From: Octopus vulgaris
Lineage: Eukaryota
NCBI GenBank assembly: GCA_951406725.2
Contig: CATOCA020000077.1
Location: 1 to 8,136, forward strand
Direction of reading: 5' to 3'
DNA: 8,136 nucleotides
Shown: one piece after another, positions 1 through 8,136 of the stretch
Numbering within the stretch: position 1 is the first letter of the stretch
How the letters are laid out: each line of letters starts with the position of its first letter
Position numbers and translations under genes: made by a program
The notes under the pieces: generated by a model
Database searches by the model: none
Told to the model about the DNA's origin: nothing
What the model saw: the letters and a program-made list of their open reading frames with translations, nothing else

Positions 1-630
1 TTCACATGAGTGATGACGCGACCTTTCATGTACATGTTGCTAAACTGACAATGAAATGTAGACGGCTGGCTGGATGGATTCTTAGAACCTTTAGAACAAG
101 AGAACAAGAAACCATGATGGTCCTCTGGAAGACACTTGTCCTAAGCCACTTTGACTATTGCTCTCAGCTATGGTCACCATCCAGTGTCAAGTTGATCACA
201 GAACTTGAGGCGATCCAACGAAGCTACACGAAGAAGATAGCCTCTGTGCAGATGAGCTACTGGGAGAGACTCAAGAGATTAAAGCTCTATTCCCTGGAGC
301 GTAGGCGGGAAAGATATGCCATAATATATATCTGGAAGATCCTGGAGGCTGTCCCAGACTTTGGCATCGAGAGTCACCAAATGCCAGAACCGGACGCCAC
401 TGCGTGGTACCAGGACTCCAAATTTGCCATCAAGATGTAGGACAAGATATCTGTGATAGCCTGGGCTTCCGAGGCCCACGGCTCTTCAATATCCTCCCGA
501 AGAACCTGAGAGACCTGCATGGGTGGATACAGATGTCTTTAAAATGAACTGGATCTCTTCCTGTCAGGTGTCCCAGATGAACCAACTTCACGGCAGGAGG
601 GGCAGATGAGGGCACATGCTAGAAAGCCTC
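1..630 (+). mobile_element. Degraded 3' part of a CR1-group LINE ORF2 (family A; post-RT/C-terminal region), continues beyond the left window edge
   Basis: ORF 6-440 (MSDDATFHVHVAKLTMKCRRLAGWILRTFRTRE...DYCSQLWSP...YWERLKRLKLYSLERRRERYAIIYIWKILE) aligns with the C-terminal part of the 964-aa ORF (MSDDASFSSHIAKVATMCRRLTGWILRTFRTRD...YSLERRRERYAVIYIWKILE). Homology continues across frameshifts: NARTGRHCVVP (~380-413), CDSLGFRGPRLFNILPKNLRDLHG (~452-523), ELDLFLSGVPDEPTSRQEGQMRA (~546-614). The right boundary is uncertain (610-645). Confidence 0.9.
6..614 (+). pseudogene. Frameshifted LINE ORF2 C-terminal remnant (family A)
   Basis: The reading frame homologous to the intact ORF2 changes several times after ~375, and small in-frame deletions are present (LEAVPDFG vs LEGLAPNFG). 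Confidence 0.8.
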
Positions 631-698
631 CGAAACAGTAGCAACACCAATACGGCACAACTATTTCACCTCAATTGGACCCGCTCTCTTCAACATTA

Positions 699-720
699 CA
701 CATACATATATATATATATA
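699..720. repeat. Short CA/TA microsatellite interrupting the family B coding remnant
   Basis: cacatacatatatatatatata lies between the PALFNI and THVKK segments. Confidence 0.85.
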
Positions 721-918
721 GGACACACGTCAAAAAAGAAACTGACCACACAAAATTCAAGAAGTCTTTGGACAAATTTCTTCAAACAGTCCCGGACAAA
801 CCACCCACACCCGGATATGTCTCCGCAAACAATAACTCTCTGCTCGAATGGGCCTTGGTGCCCAAATCCTGAATTGAAAGACTTCGCCAGGTGGTGCTAT
901 TAAGTTAGACATGGCATG

Positions 919-932
919 GGCCAATACTGGCC
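919..932 (+). other. Putative 3' UTR stem-loop of family B LINE
   Basis: GGCCA-ATAC-TGGCC is a perfect 5-bp inverted repeat with a 4-nt loop just upstream of the tail. Its function is inferred from known 3' stem-loops of CR1/L2 elements. Confidence 0.55.
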
Positions 933-939
933 AAAACCT

Positions 940-1533
<594 letters not shown>

Positions 1534-1553
1534 TACTCTTTTACTCTTTTACT
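1534..1553 (-). repeat. 3' tandem tail of family C copy 1, (AAAGAGTA) x2 plus a partial unit
   Basis: Plus strand TACTCTTT at 1534-1541 and 1542-1549, then TACT. Short tandem tails are characteristic of CR1/L2 elements. Confidence 0.85.
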
Positions 1554-1557
1554 TGTT

Positions 1558-1573
1558 TCAGCCATCCGGCTGA
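1558..1573 (-). other. Putative 3' UTR stem-loop of family C LINE (copy 1)
   Basis: Minus strand TCAGCC-GGAT-GGCTGA is a perfect 6-bp stem with a 4-nt loop just before the tail. It is identical in copy 2 (6518-6533). Confidence 0.6.
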
Positions 1574-1609
1574 GGCCATGCTGGGGCACCGCCCTTGTTG
1601 CTACCCTCT

Positions 1610-7991
<6,382 letters not shown>

Positions 7992-7994
<3 letters not shown>

Positions 7995-8136
7995 ATTAAG
8001 TCGACCACGGTATGATTTGTCACAAACTGCGTGGTCTCAGCATAGGCGGAAAACTTAGAGAGTGGCTGCACAACTTCCTAAAAGATAGAAGACACGCGGT
8101 TGTGACCAATGGAGTCACCTCCAAGGAAACACAAAT
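7992..8136 (+). mobile_element. CR1-group LINE RT fragment starting within the RT domain and running off the right edge (not in the ORF track)
   Basis: The frame from 7994 reads [46 protein letters not shown], homologous to DKVDHGVICHKLLRLGITGKVGEWIHDFLKDRSQMVAANGALSGKTP in the 964-aa ORF. TAA at 7997-7999 replaces a Lys codon. Confidence 0.88.

Noticed and set aside
279-615. Minus-strand 66-aa and 61-aa ORFs
   Set aside because: Antisense to the family A remnant, with no independent support.
616-903. 95-aa plus-strand ORF as a gene
   Set aside because: It is in a different frame from the LINE-homologous segments and crosses the TA run.
1584-1594. Second 3' UTR hairpin GGGC-GGT-GCCC (minus strand)
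   Set aside because: Only a 4-bp stem with a 3-nt loop and no equivalent pairing in family B; too weak to call.

Overview
Eukaryotic repetitive DNA with no host gene. The window is a nest of five fragments of APE-endonuclease/reverse-transcriptase non-LTR retrotransposons (CR1-group LINEs) from at least three families, separated by long (TA)n microsatellites (about 957-1533, 4503-6485 and 7388-7992). The main copy (minus strand, 1534-4504) has an uninterrupted 964-codon ORF2 (APE + RT + CR1-type C-terminus) but no ORF1 and apparently lacks the first APE motif. A ~99.5% identical, 5'-truncated sister copy lies at 6486-7387. Degraded plus-strand LINE pieces lie at 1-~630, ~632-957 and ~7992-8136. 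Six of the eight element ends visible in the window abut (TA)n, and the 3' ends of two divergent families share a small hairpin plus a tandem-repeat tail ending in ...AGTA that runs into the (TA)n. The best candidate for something undescribed is a (TA)n-microsatellite-targeting CR1-group LINE lineage. The poly-(Ile-Tyr) ORFs are artefacts of the TA repeats. An invertebrate host such as a decapod crustacean is only a guess from the SSR density and LINE type.
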